NCBI RefSeq assembly: GCF_037042905.1
Contig: NC_087252.1
Span: 21,206,001-21,270,000, forward strand
Length of the DNA stretch: 64,000 nucleotides
Source of the DNA: Lytechinus pictus
Taxonomy: Eukaryota
Direction of reading: 5' to 3'
Part shown: in pieces, positions 52,843-64,000 of the stretch
Layout of the letters: the number at the start of each line of letters is the position of its first letter
Position numbering within the stretch: the first letter of the stretch is position 1
Notes under the pieces: generated by a model
Told to the model about the DNA's origin: nothing
Databases searched by the model: none
What the model saw: only the letters and a program-made list of their open reading frames with translations
Made by a program: the position numbers and the translations under genes

Positions 52843-54867
52843 CTAATCACTGTCAGTATCACTCTCACTTACAGTGTTCAACAGGGTTCTATCATAGTTA
52901 TGATCTACATAGATATGATTATGGTCTTGTTCCAACTGTCCTTTCATATAGCATTCTTTCGAGTTTATGTCCATTCGCTTCCTTTCGTATAGTCTAAACT
53001 TATACAGGCGATGAAGAGCTCTTGCATGCTTGACTTTAATCATCTTTGATCTGGCCCTCCAATAATCCCGTCTTTTCTGCATCTCTTTCAGTCTCTTCAC
53101 GACTCTGGGACTCCGAGACAATCGAACCTTTGCTGCTGCAGTCTTGGAGAGGATGGATGCCCCTGCTCCGTTATTGGTCAAGCTGATAGCAGAATGATCT
53201 CTACCTGCATAGTTCCTGGTAAAGGTTTTAGTCTGCTTTGGCTGGGTGGTGTTAAATGCACTGTTCATTGACTCACATTTCTGGGTTGTGCTGAGAAGCC
53301 TTGATTTTGTTACAGTAGATGGTTTCAGACGATGCATAATAACAGTCTCTATTCGTTGTCGATCAAGTTTTGTGAAACATGTTGTTTGTCTAACTCTGAG
53401 ACTGGAGTAGAAAAATTCAAAGTTACCTCTGCACACATTACTATTTATATGACACAATTCATGATTTCCAGTGAAGCAGAGAAGGATAGCTGGCACACAC
53501 TTGCCAAAATCCACTTTTGATATGTCACCTCTTTTCATTTTTGCTGCTTCCATTTCAGCCTGAATGCGGTATGCAATGTCATCAGCAAAATTCCTCTGCA
53601 GTTTGTGCCGCCCTGTGACATACTTTGCTGGAAAAGCCTGCTTGCTGAGTTGAATTTTACCAAGCCTTCGTGCCAAGCCTCGGTTCAGGTGAGTGCTACA
53701 CAGAAGTGACTCTGGGTCTATATTTGCTCTTTCTTTCATTACTTTCCTTACCCCTCTTGCGAAGTGACCATCGCTATCTGTAGTTACTGCCCCCAACGTT
53801 ATGCTTTCTGATCCCTCAAGTAGCATCTCAGCACACCGCTCTCCTCCAACCTCCTCATCTCCAATGTTTGCAGAGAGTGGTATAGTTGCAGTGCACTTTC
53901 CATGATTGGGGCATACAGGCTTCTTTCCCTCCCTGATAAGCCTTTGCCCGTGCCGACACAGCTTATTTGTTCCATTATATGCTATGATGTACTTTTCATG
54001 GGTAACATTTTCAGCTACTGTGTCCCTAGACTGACTTGCTGGGGCAAAAGGGGTCCTCCGTCGGGCATGGCTTAATGGGGTATTGTATTGGCGATCAATT
54101 TCAATGTTTATGGGAGTATCCCTTGCCATTCCCCTGCATTCAAGTATATCCTTCACTTTTTTCTTTTTTCTGTCCATGTCACTTTTGTTTTCTGCCATCA
54201 TGATTTGTCCACACGTGTTAGCACTTCTCTGAAGGGAGCTCATTGTAGGGGCAGGGGTATTCATAGAGGTAAGCATCCTTGTTACAGCTGCACCAGCAAT
54301 GTTTGTTTGATAAAGCCCAACTTGGAGCGCCATGTTTGGTACAGCCACCTTCCTCCCTGGCCTGTTGCTTTCAATCTCCTTGTATAGTTTTTGGCTGGTG
54401 CTCTTGAAATTGCAATTGGTACACTGGAACTGCTCACTTACTGCTAGTCCTCTAATATTTTCACCTTTCTCACTTATCAACAGATTGGGAGCAAGACAAG
54501 AATGACTACTGGCTTGATGTTGACTGATCACTTTATTGAAACACTCTGCCAATTTCTCCATGTCCACAAAGCGATTACCAGTGACATTCCCAGATAAAGA
54601 TGTTGGCTCTGTGAACTCTTGAACAGGTAAACTTTCTTCCACTTTGGGGCGAAGAAGCATTACTGTCTTAACTTGTGTCTCAATGTTGCCTGTCAGTTGA
54701 TCACCAAGGACTGAAGTTGTTCTTTCCATATCATTGTTTGTCAGTCGCACATAACTGGTAGACTTCAGCAGTTGCCTTTCACATGACTGGCCTTTATTCC
54801 AGGGTTGGTTGTTAACTTTAAAATGTGTCCTTTTCCTTTTATTATATGAATCTTTCTTCCTACCCAT
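52843..54867 (-). CDS. Kolobok-type DDE transposase, copy 1
   Basis: Basic N-terminus, Cys cluster (C..CTNC), candidate catalytic residues IEIDRQYN / VTTDSD / CSTH (CxxH) / TQKCESMN; first ATG at 54867. Confidence 0.85.
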   Translation of the reverse strand: MGRKKDSYNKRKRTHFKVNNQPWNKGQSCERQLLKSTSYVRLTNNDMERTTSVLGDQLTGNIETQVKTVMLLRPKVEESLPVQEFTEPTSLSGNVTGNRFVDMEKLAECFNKVISQHQASSHSCLAPNLLISEKGENIRGLAVSEQFQCTNCNFKSTSQKLYKEIESNRPGRKVAVPNMALQVGLYQTNIAGAAVTRMLTSMNTPAPTMSSLQRSANTCGQIMMAENKSDMDRKKKKVKDILECRGMARDTPINIEIDRQYNTPLSHARRRTPFAPASQSRDTVAENVTHEKYIIAYNGTNKLCRHGQRLIREGKKPVCPNHGKCTATIPLSANIGDEEVGGERCAEMLLEGSESITLGAVTTDSDGHFARGVRKVMKERANIDPESLLCSTHLNRGLARRLGKIQLSKQAFPAKYVTGRHKLQRNFADDIAYRIQAEMEAAKMKRGDISKVDFGKCVPAILLCFTGNHELCHINSNVCRGNFEFFYSSLRVRQTTCFTKLDRQRIETVIMHRLKPSTVTKSRLLSTTQKCESMNSAFNTTQPKQTKTFTRNYAGRDHSAISLTNNGAGASILSKTAAAKVRLSRSPRVVKRLKEMQKRRDYWRARSKMIKVKHARALHRLYKFRLYERKRMDINSKECYMKGQLEQDHNHIYVDHNYDRTLLNTVSESDTDSD

Positions 54868-55747
54868 CTTGACTGAATTTGCTTTACTGTTGGGTGACAA
54901 GAACCACTGAGTAGTGTGTTTATATGAGATGCATCATACCCCCATCTCTTTCTCTCTCACACTCACTTAATTGAGCTCTTCTTGTGATTGGTTGAAGGGT
55001 ATAGTTTATTTGCACTCTTGTATGCATCAGTGAGTTCATACTATACTTGCTTTGTTCTGTTCTACCACAAATTAAACCTGATTATCACATTAGAAATCCA
55101 AATTTATGATGTTCAAATTTCTGCAATAGACCTGCACAGCCACCATGCAATGTATCTCTATCTATTCCTTCCATCCATCCATCCATCCATCCATCCAGTT
55201 TCATCCCACCCCCCCCCCCCTCTCTCACCCCATCCCCTCTTTCTCCTCAATATGGTATTAATATTTAATACTCTCTCTCTCTTTATCTCATATATCTTCC
55301 TCATTCTCTCTCCATATTAATGTAATGCTCATTAACTCTCCATATTGATATAATGCTCATTAACTGCAAAAGAAAAGACAAATGTTTAAAGTATGCATAC
55401 AGTACACATTGCTTTATTGTTTTCTTATTATTCATCTGAAAATTATTTAAGTATGATGAAGGACATTGCCTTGGGTCATCTAGCACCCGGTTATGATCAG
55501 AAATTGTGCATCTTTATACCTCCATGTTGCTAAGTGTATCTGCTTGTACATTGCATTCATTTATGGGGATACAGTAAGGATTGTGTAAAATACATATAAA
55601 CATGTACATTTATGGGTTCCATTAAATGAGTCATTACCAAATACATTTGAATTATTGGTGCAATTTTTTGTTATAATGTGAGTATGGAGGTGTAAAGGAA
55701 TAGCAAGGAGGCTGAAATAATGAAAAAAAGTACACATGAGACATTAC

Positions 55748-56212
55748 AGGCCGCATGGGCCTATTAACATTGGGAAAGCAAGAGATATTCATTCGAGCCA
55801 ACCCATTGCTATTTTTTTAATTTTGATATGGCTGATTGACAAAGTGTATGCATATGATTGTCCATCTAACACTGATTCTATTTTTGGTAATTACTGAACT
55901 TCCTTTTCCCAAATTGGGAAGAAATATCACCAATTTTGGACTATATTCTGACTGGCGGAAGGATTAGGGCTATTTTGCTGTTTGAGGTGATGAATCTGCT
56001 CCCCCCGACGGTGTCTTCAAACACGCCAATTTATTTTTAAAATGAGCCGGTCGAGGGACCCTTTTCTGGTCAGATATGGATTGCCAGATAAATATCCTAT
56101 CCACTGGTAGTAAACATTCGACCCCCGAATTTCATCCTTATTTTTTATGAATTTTTCAAAGTGCCAATTTAACACACGAGTCTATGGGGAATGAGTTAGG
56201 CCTGTGGTACCT
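55748..56212. repeat. LTDR 2 (shared between units)
   Basis: TTAC|AGGCCGCATGGGCCTA ... TAGGCCTGTGGTACCT|ATAG; 465 bp. Confidence 0.7.
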
Positions 56213-56552
56213 ATAGCCAAAATAGGGGAAAATCTCAGTTTTCAGTAAGTCGATGAAATACGTACTAAAACTTGTCAAAAATACTTATTTTTCACTAATA
56301 TCCACATTTCAATCATCAGGAGATGCAGTAAAGTGGGAGAATTGGGCTAAGCAGGCGGTAAGCAGGTAAGTAACTAAGCTTCTATGTATATAGCCTAACT
56401 TAGGGCCTTAGCCTAACTTGTGTGTACATAACTTCATCCACATCTACCGACGATTACCGGTACCGGTATGCAGCTGTGCTGTGCTACACTAATTAACGTT
56501 AGTTTGATCGCTACCACTGTATACTGAGTTAGATACGGTATATTGAGTGATT

Positions 56553-56987
56553 ATGGCTGTTGCTGCAGTTGGCAGAGGAATGGGGAGGAGAGAATTAAAG
56601 AATCTGGAAAAGGAAGAATGGTGTCGTCATTACGCAGATAAGATTAGAGGGAAGCATAGTGGGGCAGAGGGGGACCCAATATCTCAGTGTTGGATTTTCC
56701 ATGGGAGGAGCAAGACAGGCTCCAAATATAAGTGTATGGATGTGACAATACCAGGGATAGGCAAGACTGTGCGCGCAGCACACAGGGTGGCCTATATGAC
56801 CAGTATTGCCAGGTCTTGGTCCTTGCCATCTGAGCTTGAAGTGTCCCATTTGTGTTGTGAGCCTGCCTGCGTTAGACCAGCACATTTGGTACTTGAAAGC
56901 CATGAGGAAAACATATCTCGACGGAATTGCAATTCTTTGCAAAGATGTCTTGGGCACGGAACCAGACCATTATGTATCTTTAATTAA
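56553..56987 (+). CDS. His-Me finger nuclease, copy 2
   Basis: Translation identical to copy 1. Confidence 0.9.
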   Translation: MAVAAVGRGMGRRELKNLEKEEWCRHYADKIRGKHSGAEGDPISQCWIFHGRSKTGSKYKCMDVTIPGIGKTVRAAHRVAYMTSIARSWSLPSELEVSHLCCEPACVRPAHLVLESHEENISRRNCNSLQRCLGHGTRPLCIFN

Positions 56988-57303
56988 AGTTTGATCCATA
57001 AAAGTTAGTATTGCTCCTCCCTTATTTGACTAGGTCCCCCAGCCCAATGAGGTAGGCTTATTATGGTAGGCTACAACTTTTAGGAATAACTTTGATTTAT
57101 TTGTTACAATTAGTACAACTTCAATTCTTCATGTGTTTATAGGCCTGATCTAAATCTAGACCTAATTGACTGTGGGCTAGATAATAAGTTGATGCCAAAT
57201 AAGAGTTAGAGTTAGTCTCCATGGTCTAAATTTAGCCTGCCCATTAGAATGTAGACCATGTCTATATTCTTAGCAGAATTATTGCCTGTAAAAAAGGGAG
57301 AGT

Positions 57304-59328
57304 CTAATCACTGTCAGTATCACTCTCACTTACAGTGTTCAACAGGGTTCTATCATAGTTATGATCTACATAGATATGATTATGGTCTTGTTCCAACTGT
57401 CCTTTCATATAGCATTCTTTCGAGTTTATGTCCATTCGCTTCCTTTCGTATAGTCTAAACTTATACAGGCGATGAAGAGCTCTTGCATGCTTGACTTTAA
57501 TCATCTTTGATCTGGCCCTCCAATAATCCCGTCTTTTCTGCATCTCTTTCAGTCTCTTCACGACTCTGGGACTCCGAGACAATCGAACCTTTGCTGCTGC
57601 AGTCTTGGAGAGGATGGATGCCCCTGCTCCGTTATTGGTCAAGCTGATAGCAGAATGATCTCTACCTGCATAGTTCCTGGTAAAGGTTTTAGTCTGCTTT
57701 GGCTGGGTGGTGTTAAATGCACTGTTCATTGACTCACATTTCTGGGTTGTGCTGAGAAGCCTTGATTTTGTTACAGTAGATGGTTTCAGACGATGCATAA
57801 TAACAGTCTCTATTCGTTGTCGATCAAGTTTTGTGAAACATGTTGTTTGTCTAACTCTGAGACTGGAGTAGAAAAATTCAAAGTTACCTCTGCACACATT
57901 ACTATTTATATGACACAATTCATGATTTCCAGTGAAGCAGAGAAGGATAGCTGGCACACACTTGCCAAAATCCACTTTTGATATGTCACCTCTTTTCATT
58001 TTTGCTGCTTCCATTTCAGCCTGAATGCGGTATGCAATGTCATCAGCAAAATTCCTCTGCAGTTTGTGCCGCCCTGTGACATACTTTGCTGGAAAAGCCT
58101 GCTTGCTGAGTTGAATTTTACCAAGCCTTCGTGCCAAGCCTCGGTTCAGGTGAGTGCTACACAGAAGTGACTCTGGGTCTATATTTGCTCTTTCTTTCAT
58201 TACTTTCCTTACCCCTCTTGCGAAGTGACCATCGCTATCTGTAGTTACTGCCCCCAACGTTATGCTTTCTGATCCCTCAAGTAGCATCTCAGCACACCGC
58301 TCTCCTCCAACCTCCTCATCTCCAATGTTTGCAGAGAGTGGTATAGTTGCAGTGCACTTTCCATGATTGGGGCATACAGGCTTCTTTCCCTCCCTGATAA
58401 GCCTTTGCCCGTGCCGACACAGCTTATTTGTTCCATTATATGCTATGATGTACTTTTCATGGGTAACATTTTCAGCTACTGTGTCCCTAGACTGACTTGC
58501 TGGGGCAAAAGGGGTCCTCCGTCGGGCATGGCTTAATGGGGTATTGTATTGGCGATCAATTTCAATGTTTATGGGAGTATCCCTTGCCATTCCCCTGCAT
58601 TCAAGTATATCCTTCACTTTTTTCTTTTTTCTGTCCATGTCACTTTTGTTTTCTGCCATCATGATTTGTCCACACGTGTTAGCACTTCTCTGAAGGGAGC
58701 TCATTGTAGGGGCAGGGGTATTCATAGAGGTAAGCATCCTTGTTACAGCTGCACCAGCAATGTTTGTTTGATAAAGCCCAACTTGGAGCGCCATGTTTGG
58801 TACAGCCACCTTCCTCCCTGGCCTGTTGCTTTCAATCTCCTTGTATAGTTTTTGGCTGGTGCTCTTGAAATTGCAATTGGTACACTGGAACTGCTCACTT
58901 ACTGCTAGTCCTCTAATATTTTCACCTTTCTCACTTATCAACAGATTGGGAGCAAGACAAGAATGACTACTGGCTTGATGTTGACTGATCACTTTATTGA
59001 AACACTCTGCCAATTTCTCCATGTCCACAAAGCGATTACCAGTGACATTCCCAGATAAAGATGTTGGCTCTGTGAACTCTTGAACAGGTAAACTTTCTTC
59101 CACTTTGGGGCGAAGAAGCATTACTGTCTTAACTTGTGTCTCAATGTTGCCTGTCAGTTGATCACCAAGGACTGAAGTTGTTCTTTCCATATCATTGTTT
59201 GTCAGTCGCACATAACTGGTAGACTTCAGCAGTTGCCTTTCACATGACTGGCCTTTATTCCAGGGTTGGTTGTTAACTTTAAAATGTGTCCTTTTCCTTT
59301 TATTATATGAATCTTTCTTCCTACCCAT
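57304..59328 (-). CDS. Kolobok-type DDE transposase, copy 2
   Basis: Translation identical to copy 1. Confidence 0.85.
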   Translation of the reverse strand: MGRKKDSYNKRKRTHFKVNNQPWNKGQSCERQLLKSTSYVRLTNNDMERTTSVLGDQLTGNIETQVKTVMLLRPKVEESLPVQEFTEPTSLSGNVTGNRFVDMEKLAECFNKVISQHQASSHSCLAPNLLISEKGENIRGLAVSEQFQCTNCNFKSTSQKLYKEIESNRPGRKVAVPNMALQVGLYQTNIAGAAVTRMLTSMNTPAPTMSSLQRSANTCGQIMMAENKSDMDRKKKKVKDILECRGMARDTPINIEIDRQYNTPLSHARRRTPFAPASQSRDTVAENVTHEKYIIAYNGTNKLCRHGQRLIREGKKPVCPNHGKCTATIPLSANIGDEEVGGERCAEMLLEGSESITLGAVTTDSDGHFARGVRKVMKERANIDPESLLCSTHLNRGLARRLGKIQLSKQAFPAKYVTGRHKLQRNFADDIAYRIQAEMEAAKMKRGDISKVDFGKCVPAILLCFTGNHELCHINSNVCRGNFEFFYSSLRVRQTTCFTKLDRQRIETVIMHRLKPSTVTKSRLLSTTQKCESMNSAFNTTQPKQTKTFTRNYAGRDHSAISLTNNGAGASILSKTAAAKVRLSRSPRVVKRLKEMQKRRDYWRARSKMIKVKHARALHRLYKFRLYERKRMDINSKECYMKGQLEQDHNHIYVDHNYDRTLLNTVSESDTDSD

Positions 59329-60208
59329 CTTGACTGAATTTGCTTTACTGTTGGGTGACAAGAACCACTGAGTAGTGTGTTTATATGAGATGCATCATAC
59401 CCCCATCTCTTTCTCTCTCACACTCACTTAATTGAGCTCTTCTTGTGATTGGTTGAAGGGTATAGTTTATTTGCACTCTTGTATGCATCAGTGAGTTCAT
59501 ACTATACTTGCTTTGTTCTGTTCTACCACAAATTAAACCTGATTATCACATTAGAAATCCAAATTTATGATGTTCAAATTTCTGCAATAGACCTGCACAG
59601 CCACCATGCAATGTATCTCTATCTATTCCTTCCATCCATCCATCCATCCATCCATCCAGTTTCATCCCACCCCCCCCCCCCTCTCTCACCCCATCCCCTC
59701 TTTCTCCTCAATATGGTATTAATATTTAATACTCTCTCTCTCTTTATCTCATATATCTTCCTCATTCTCTCTCCATATTAATGTAATGCTCATTAACTCT
59801 CCATATTGATATAATGCTCATTAACTGCAAAAGAAAAGACAAATGTTTAAAGTATGCATACAGTACACATTGCTTTATTGTTTTCTTATTATTCATCTGA
59901 AAATTATTTAAGTATGATGAAGGACATTGCCTTGGGTCATCTAGCACCCGGTTATGATCAGAAATTGTGCATCTTTATACCTCCATGTTGCTAAGTGTAT
60001 CTGCTTGTACATTGCATTCATTTATGGGGATACAGTAAGGATTGTGTAAAATACATATAAACATGTACATTTATGGGTTCCATTAAATGAGTCATTACCA
60101 AATACATTTGAATTATTGGTGCAATTTTTTGTTATAATGTGAGTATGGAGGTGTAAAGGAATAGCAAGGAGGCTGAAATAATGAAAAAAAGTACACATGA
60201 GACATTAC

Positions 60209-60673
60209 AGGCCGCATGGGCCTATTAACATTGGGAAAGCAAGAGATATTCATTCGAGCCAACCCATTGCTATTTTTTTAATTTTGATATGGCTGATTGA
60301 CAAAGTGTATGCATATGATTGTCCATCTAACACTGATTCTATTTTTGGTAATTACTGAACTTCCTTTTCCCAAATTGGGAAGAAATATCACCAATTTTGG
60401 ACTATATTCTGACTGGCGGAAGGATTAGGGCTATTTTGCTGTTTGAGGTGATGAATCTGCTCCCCCCGACGGTGTCTTCAAACACGCCAATTTATTTTTA
60501 AAATGAGCCGGTCGAGGGACCCTTTTCTGGTCAGATATGGATTGCCAGATAAATATCCTATCCACTGGTAGTAAACATTCGACCCCCGAATTTCATCCTT
60601 ATTTTTTATGAATTTTTCAAAGTGCCAATTTAACACACGAGTCTATGGGGAATGAGTTAGGCCTGTGGTACCT
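60209..60673. repeat. LTDR 3
   Basis: Same sequence as LTDR 2, offset 4461 bp. Confidence 0.7.
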
Positions 60674-61013
60674 ATAGCCAAAATAGGGGAAAATCTCAGT
60701 TTTCAGTAAGTCGATGAAATACGTACTAAAACTTGTCAAAAATACTTATTTTTCACTAATATCCACATTTCAATCATCAGGAGATGCAGTAAAGTGGGAG
60801 AATTGGGCTAAGCAGGCGGTAAGCAGGTAAGTAACTAAGCTTCTATGTATATAGCCTAACTTAGGGCCTTAGCCTAACTTGTGTGTACATAACTTCATCC
60901 ACATCTACCGACGATTACCGGTACCGGTATGCAGCTGTGCTGTGCTACACTAATTAACGTTAGTTTGATCGCTACCACTGTATACTGAGTTAGATACGGT
61001 ATATTGAGTGATT

Positions 61014-61448
61014 ATGGCTGTTGCTGCAGTTGGCAGAGGAATGGGGAGGAGAGAATTAAAGAATCTGGAAAAGGAAGAATGGTGTCGTCATTACGCAGAT
61101 AAGATTAGAGGGAAGCATAGTGGGGCAGAGGGGGACCCAATATCTCAGTGTTGGATTTTCCATGGGAGGAGCAAGACAGGCTCCAAATATAAGTGTATGG
61201 ATGTGACAATACCAGGGATAGGCAAGACTGTGCGCGCAGCACACAGGGTGGCCTATATGACCAGTATTGCCAGGTCTTGGTCCTTGCCATCTGAGCTTGA
61301 AGTGTCCCATTTGTGTTGTGAGCCTGCCTGCGTTAGACCAGCACATTTGGTACTTGAAAGCCATGAGGAAAACATATCTCGACGGAATTGCAATTCTTTG
61401 CAAAGATGTCTTGGGCACGGAACCAGACCATTATGTATCTTTAATTAA
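61014..61448 (+). CDS. His-Me finger nuclease, copy 3
   Basis: Translation identical to copy 1. Confidence 0.9.
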   Translation: MAVAAVGRGMGRRELKNLEKEEWCRHYADKIRGKHSGAEGDPISQCWIFHGRSKTGSKYKCMDVTIPGIGKTVRAAHRVAYMTSIARSWSLPSELEVSHLCCEPACVRPAHLVLESHEENISRRNCNSLQRCLGHGTRPLCIFN

Positions 61449-61764
61449 AGTTTGATCCATAAAAGTTAGTATTGCTCCTCCCTTATTTGACTAGGTCCCC
61501 CAGCCCAATGAGGTAGGCTTATTATGGTAGGCTACAACTTTTAGGAATAACTTTGATTTATTTGTTACAATTAGTACAACTTCAATTCTTCATGTGTTTA
61601 TAGGCCTGATCTAAATCTAGACCTAATTGACTGTGGGCTAGATAATAAGTTGATGCCAAATAAGAGTTAGAGTTAGTCTCCATGGTCTAAATTTAGCCTG
61701 CCCATTAGAATGTAGACCATGTCTATATTCTTAGCAGAATTATTGCCTGTAAAAAAGGGAGAGT

Positions 61765-63789
61765 CTAATCACTGTCAGTATCACTCTCACTTACAGTGTT
61801 CAACAGGGTTCTATCATAGTTATGATCTACATAGATATGATTATGGTCTTGTTCCAACTGTCCTTTCATATAGCATTCTTTCGAGTTTATGTCCATTCGC
61901 TTCCTTTCGTATAGTCTAAACTTATACAGGCGATGAAGAGCTCTTGCATGCTTGACTTTAATCATCTTTGATCTGGCCCTCCAATAATCCCGTCTTTTCT
62001 GCATCTCTTTCAGTCTCTTCACGACTCTGGGACTCCGAGACAATCGAACCTTTGCTGCTGCAGTCTTGGAGAGGATGGATGCCCCTGCTCCGTTATTGGT
62101 CAAGCTGATAGCAGAATGATCTCTACCTGCATAGTTCCTGGTAAAGGTTTTAGTCTGCTTTGGCTGGGTGGTGTTAAATGCACTGTTCATTGACTCACAT
62201 TTCTGGGTTGTGCTGAGAAGCCTTGATTTTGTTACAGTAGATGGTTTCAGACGATGCATAATAACAGTCTCTATTCGTTGTCGATCAAGTTTTGTGAAAC
62301 ATGTTGTTTGTCTAACTCTGAGACTGGAGTAGAAAAATTCAAAGTTACCTCTGCACACATTACTATTTATATGACACAATTCATGATTTCCAGTGAAGCA
62401 GAGAAGGATAGCTGGCACACACTTGCCAAAATCCACTTTTGATATGTCACCTCTTTTCATTTTTGCTGCTTCCATTTCAGCCTGAATGCGGTATGCAATG
62501 TCATCAGCAAAATTCCTCTGCAGTTTGTGCCGCCCTGTGACATACTTTGCTGGAAAAGCCTGCTTGCTGAGTTGAATTTTACCAAGCCTTCGTGCCAAGC
62601 CTCGGTTCAGGTGAGTGCTACACAGAAGTGACTCTGGGTCTATATTTGCTCTTTCTTTCATTACTTTCCTTACCCCTCTTGCGAAGTGACCATCGCTATC
62701 TGTAGTTACTGCCCCCAACGTTATGCTTTCTGATCCCTCAAGTAGCATCTCAGCACACCGCTCTCCTCCAACCTCCTCATCTCCAATGTTTGCAGAGAGT
62801 GGTATAGTTGCAGTGCACTTTCCATGATTGGGGCATACAGGCTTCTTTCCCTCCCTGATAAGCCTTTGCCCGTGCCGACACAGCTTATTTGTTCCATTAT
62901 ATGCTATGATGTACTTTTCATGGGTAACATTTTCAGCTACTGTGTCCCTAGACTGACTTGCTGGGGCAAAAGGGGTCCTCCGTCGGGCATGGCTTAATGG
63001 GGTATTGTATTGGCGATCAATTTCAATGTTTATGGGAGTATCCCTTGCCATTCCCCTGCATTCAAGTATATCCTTCACTTTTTTCTTTTTTCTGTCCATG
63101 TCACTTTTGTTTTCTGCCATCATGATTTGTCCACACGTGTTAGCACTTCTCTGAAGGGAGCTCATTGTAGGGGCAGGGGTATTCATAGAGGTAAGCATCC
63201 TTGTTACAGCTGCACCAGCAATGTTTGTTTGATAAAGCCCAACTTGGAGCGCCATGTTTGGTACAGCCACCTTCCTCCCTGGCCTGTTGCTTTCAATCTC
63301 CTTGTATAGTTTTTGGCTGGTGCTCTTGAAATTGCAATTGGTACACTGGAACTGCTCACTTACTGCTAGTCCTCTAATATTTTCACCTTTCTCACTTATC
63401 AACAGATTGGGAGCAAGACAAGAATGACTACTGGCTTGATGTTGACTGATCACTTTATTGAAACACTCTGCCAATTTCTCCATGTCCACAAAGCGATTAC
63501 CAGTGACATTCCCAGATAAAGATGTTGGCTCTGTGAACTCTTGAACAGGTAAACTTTCTTCCACTTTGGGGCGAAGAAGCATTACTGTCTTAACTTGTGT
63601 CTCAATGTTGCCTGTCAGTTGATCACCAAGGACTGAAGTTGTTCTTTCCATATCATTGTTTGTCAGTCGCACATAACTGGTAGACTTCAGCAGTTGCCTT
63701 TCACATGACTGGCCTTTATTCCAGGGTTGGTTGTTAACTTTAAAATGTGTCCTTTTCCTTTTATTATATGAATCTTTCTTCCTACCCAT
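61765..63789 (-). CDS. Kolobok-type DDE transposase, copy 3
   Basis: Translation identical to copy 1. Confidence 0.85.
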   Translation of the reverse strand: MGRKKDSYNKRKRTHFKVNNQPWNKGQSCERQLLKSTSYVRLTNNDMERTTSVLGDQLTGNIETQVKTVMLLRPKVEESLPVQEFTEPTSLSGNVTGNRFVDMEKLAECFNKVISQHQASSHSCLAPNLLISEKGENIRGLAVSEQFQCTNCNFKSTSQKLYKEIESNRPGRKVAVPNMALQVGLYQTNIAGAAVTRMLTSMNTPAPTMSSLQRSANTCGQIMMAENKSDMDRKKKKVKDILECRGMARDTPINIEIDRQYNTPLSHARRRTPFAPASQSRDTVAENVTHEKYIIAYNGTNKLCRHGQRLIREGKKPVCPNHGKCTATIPLSANIGDEEVGGERCAEMLLEGSESITLGAVTTDSDGHFARGVRKVMKERANIDPESLLCSTHLNRGLARRLGKIQLSKQAFPAKYVTGRHKLQRNFADDIAYRIQAEMEAAKMKRGDISKVDFGKCVPAILLCFTGNHELCHINSNVCRGNFEFFYSSLRVRQTTCFTKLDRQRIETVIMHRLKPSTVTKSRLLSTTQKCESMNSAFNTTQPKQTKTFTRNYAGRDHSAISLTNNGAGASILSKTAAAKVRLSRSPRVVKRLKEMQKRRDYWRARSKMIKVKHARALHRLYKFRLYERKRMDINSKECYMKGQLEQDHNHIYVDHNYDRTLLNTVSESDTDSD

Positions 63790-64000
63790 CTTGACTGAAT
63801 TTGCTTTACTGTTGGGTGACAAGAACCACTGAGTAGTGTGTTTATATGAGATGCATCATACCCCCATCTCTTTCTCTCTCACACTCACTTAATTGAGCTC
63901 TTCTTGTGATTGGTTGAAGGGTATAGTTTATTTGCACTCTTGTATGCATCAGTGAGTTCATACTATACTTGCTTTGTTCTGTTCTACCACAAATTAAACC

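Larger units (their letters stand above)
51288..64000. mobile_element. Tandem array of a KolobokP-like composite DNA transposon (period 4461 bp, at least 3 units, truncated by window end)
   Basis: Units start at 51288, 55749 and 60210; all ORF translations are identical; DDE transposase plus His-Me finger nuclease between ~465-bp direct repeats. Confidence 0.88.

Noticed and set aside
52134..55486. Small overlapping or antisense ORFs within the transposon unit
   Set aside because: Shadow frames of the two real genes or low-complexity sequence; recurrence only reflects unit identity
51288..64000. LTR retrotransposon or group I intron
   Set aside because: No gag/RT/RNase H, no TG..CA ends, no rRNA host context; the large ORF has DDE transposase motifs

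Overview
Repeat-rich, AT-rich animal genomic DNA; the repeat families suggest an invertebrate deuterostome such as a sea urchin (inference). (1) 1-18 kb: the 5' part of a minus-strand multi-exon surface or secreted protein gene (signal peptide, Cys-rich, Ig, FN3 exons) with introns full of DNA transposons, including a 5.8-kb foldback element. (2) 20.4-49.3 kb: a tandem cluster of four intronless minus-strand paralogues of an Ig-V-like single-pass receptor with ITIM/ITAM-like cytoplasmic tyrosine motifs. Their CDR1- and CDR3-equivalent loops diverge strongly, three copies are disrupted, and a near-intact CR1/L2-group LINE, SINEs, nested MITEs and a solo LTR are interspersed. (3) 51.3 kb to the window end: at least three apparently identical 4461-bp head-to-tail units, each with a ~465-bp short-TIR-bounded direct repeat, a His-Me finger (I-PpoI-like) nuclease and a convergent 685-aa DDE transposase. 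This matches the KolobokP architecture, here as a shared-LTDR multimer. All calls come from reading the sequence by eye; no searches were run.
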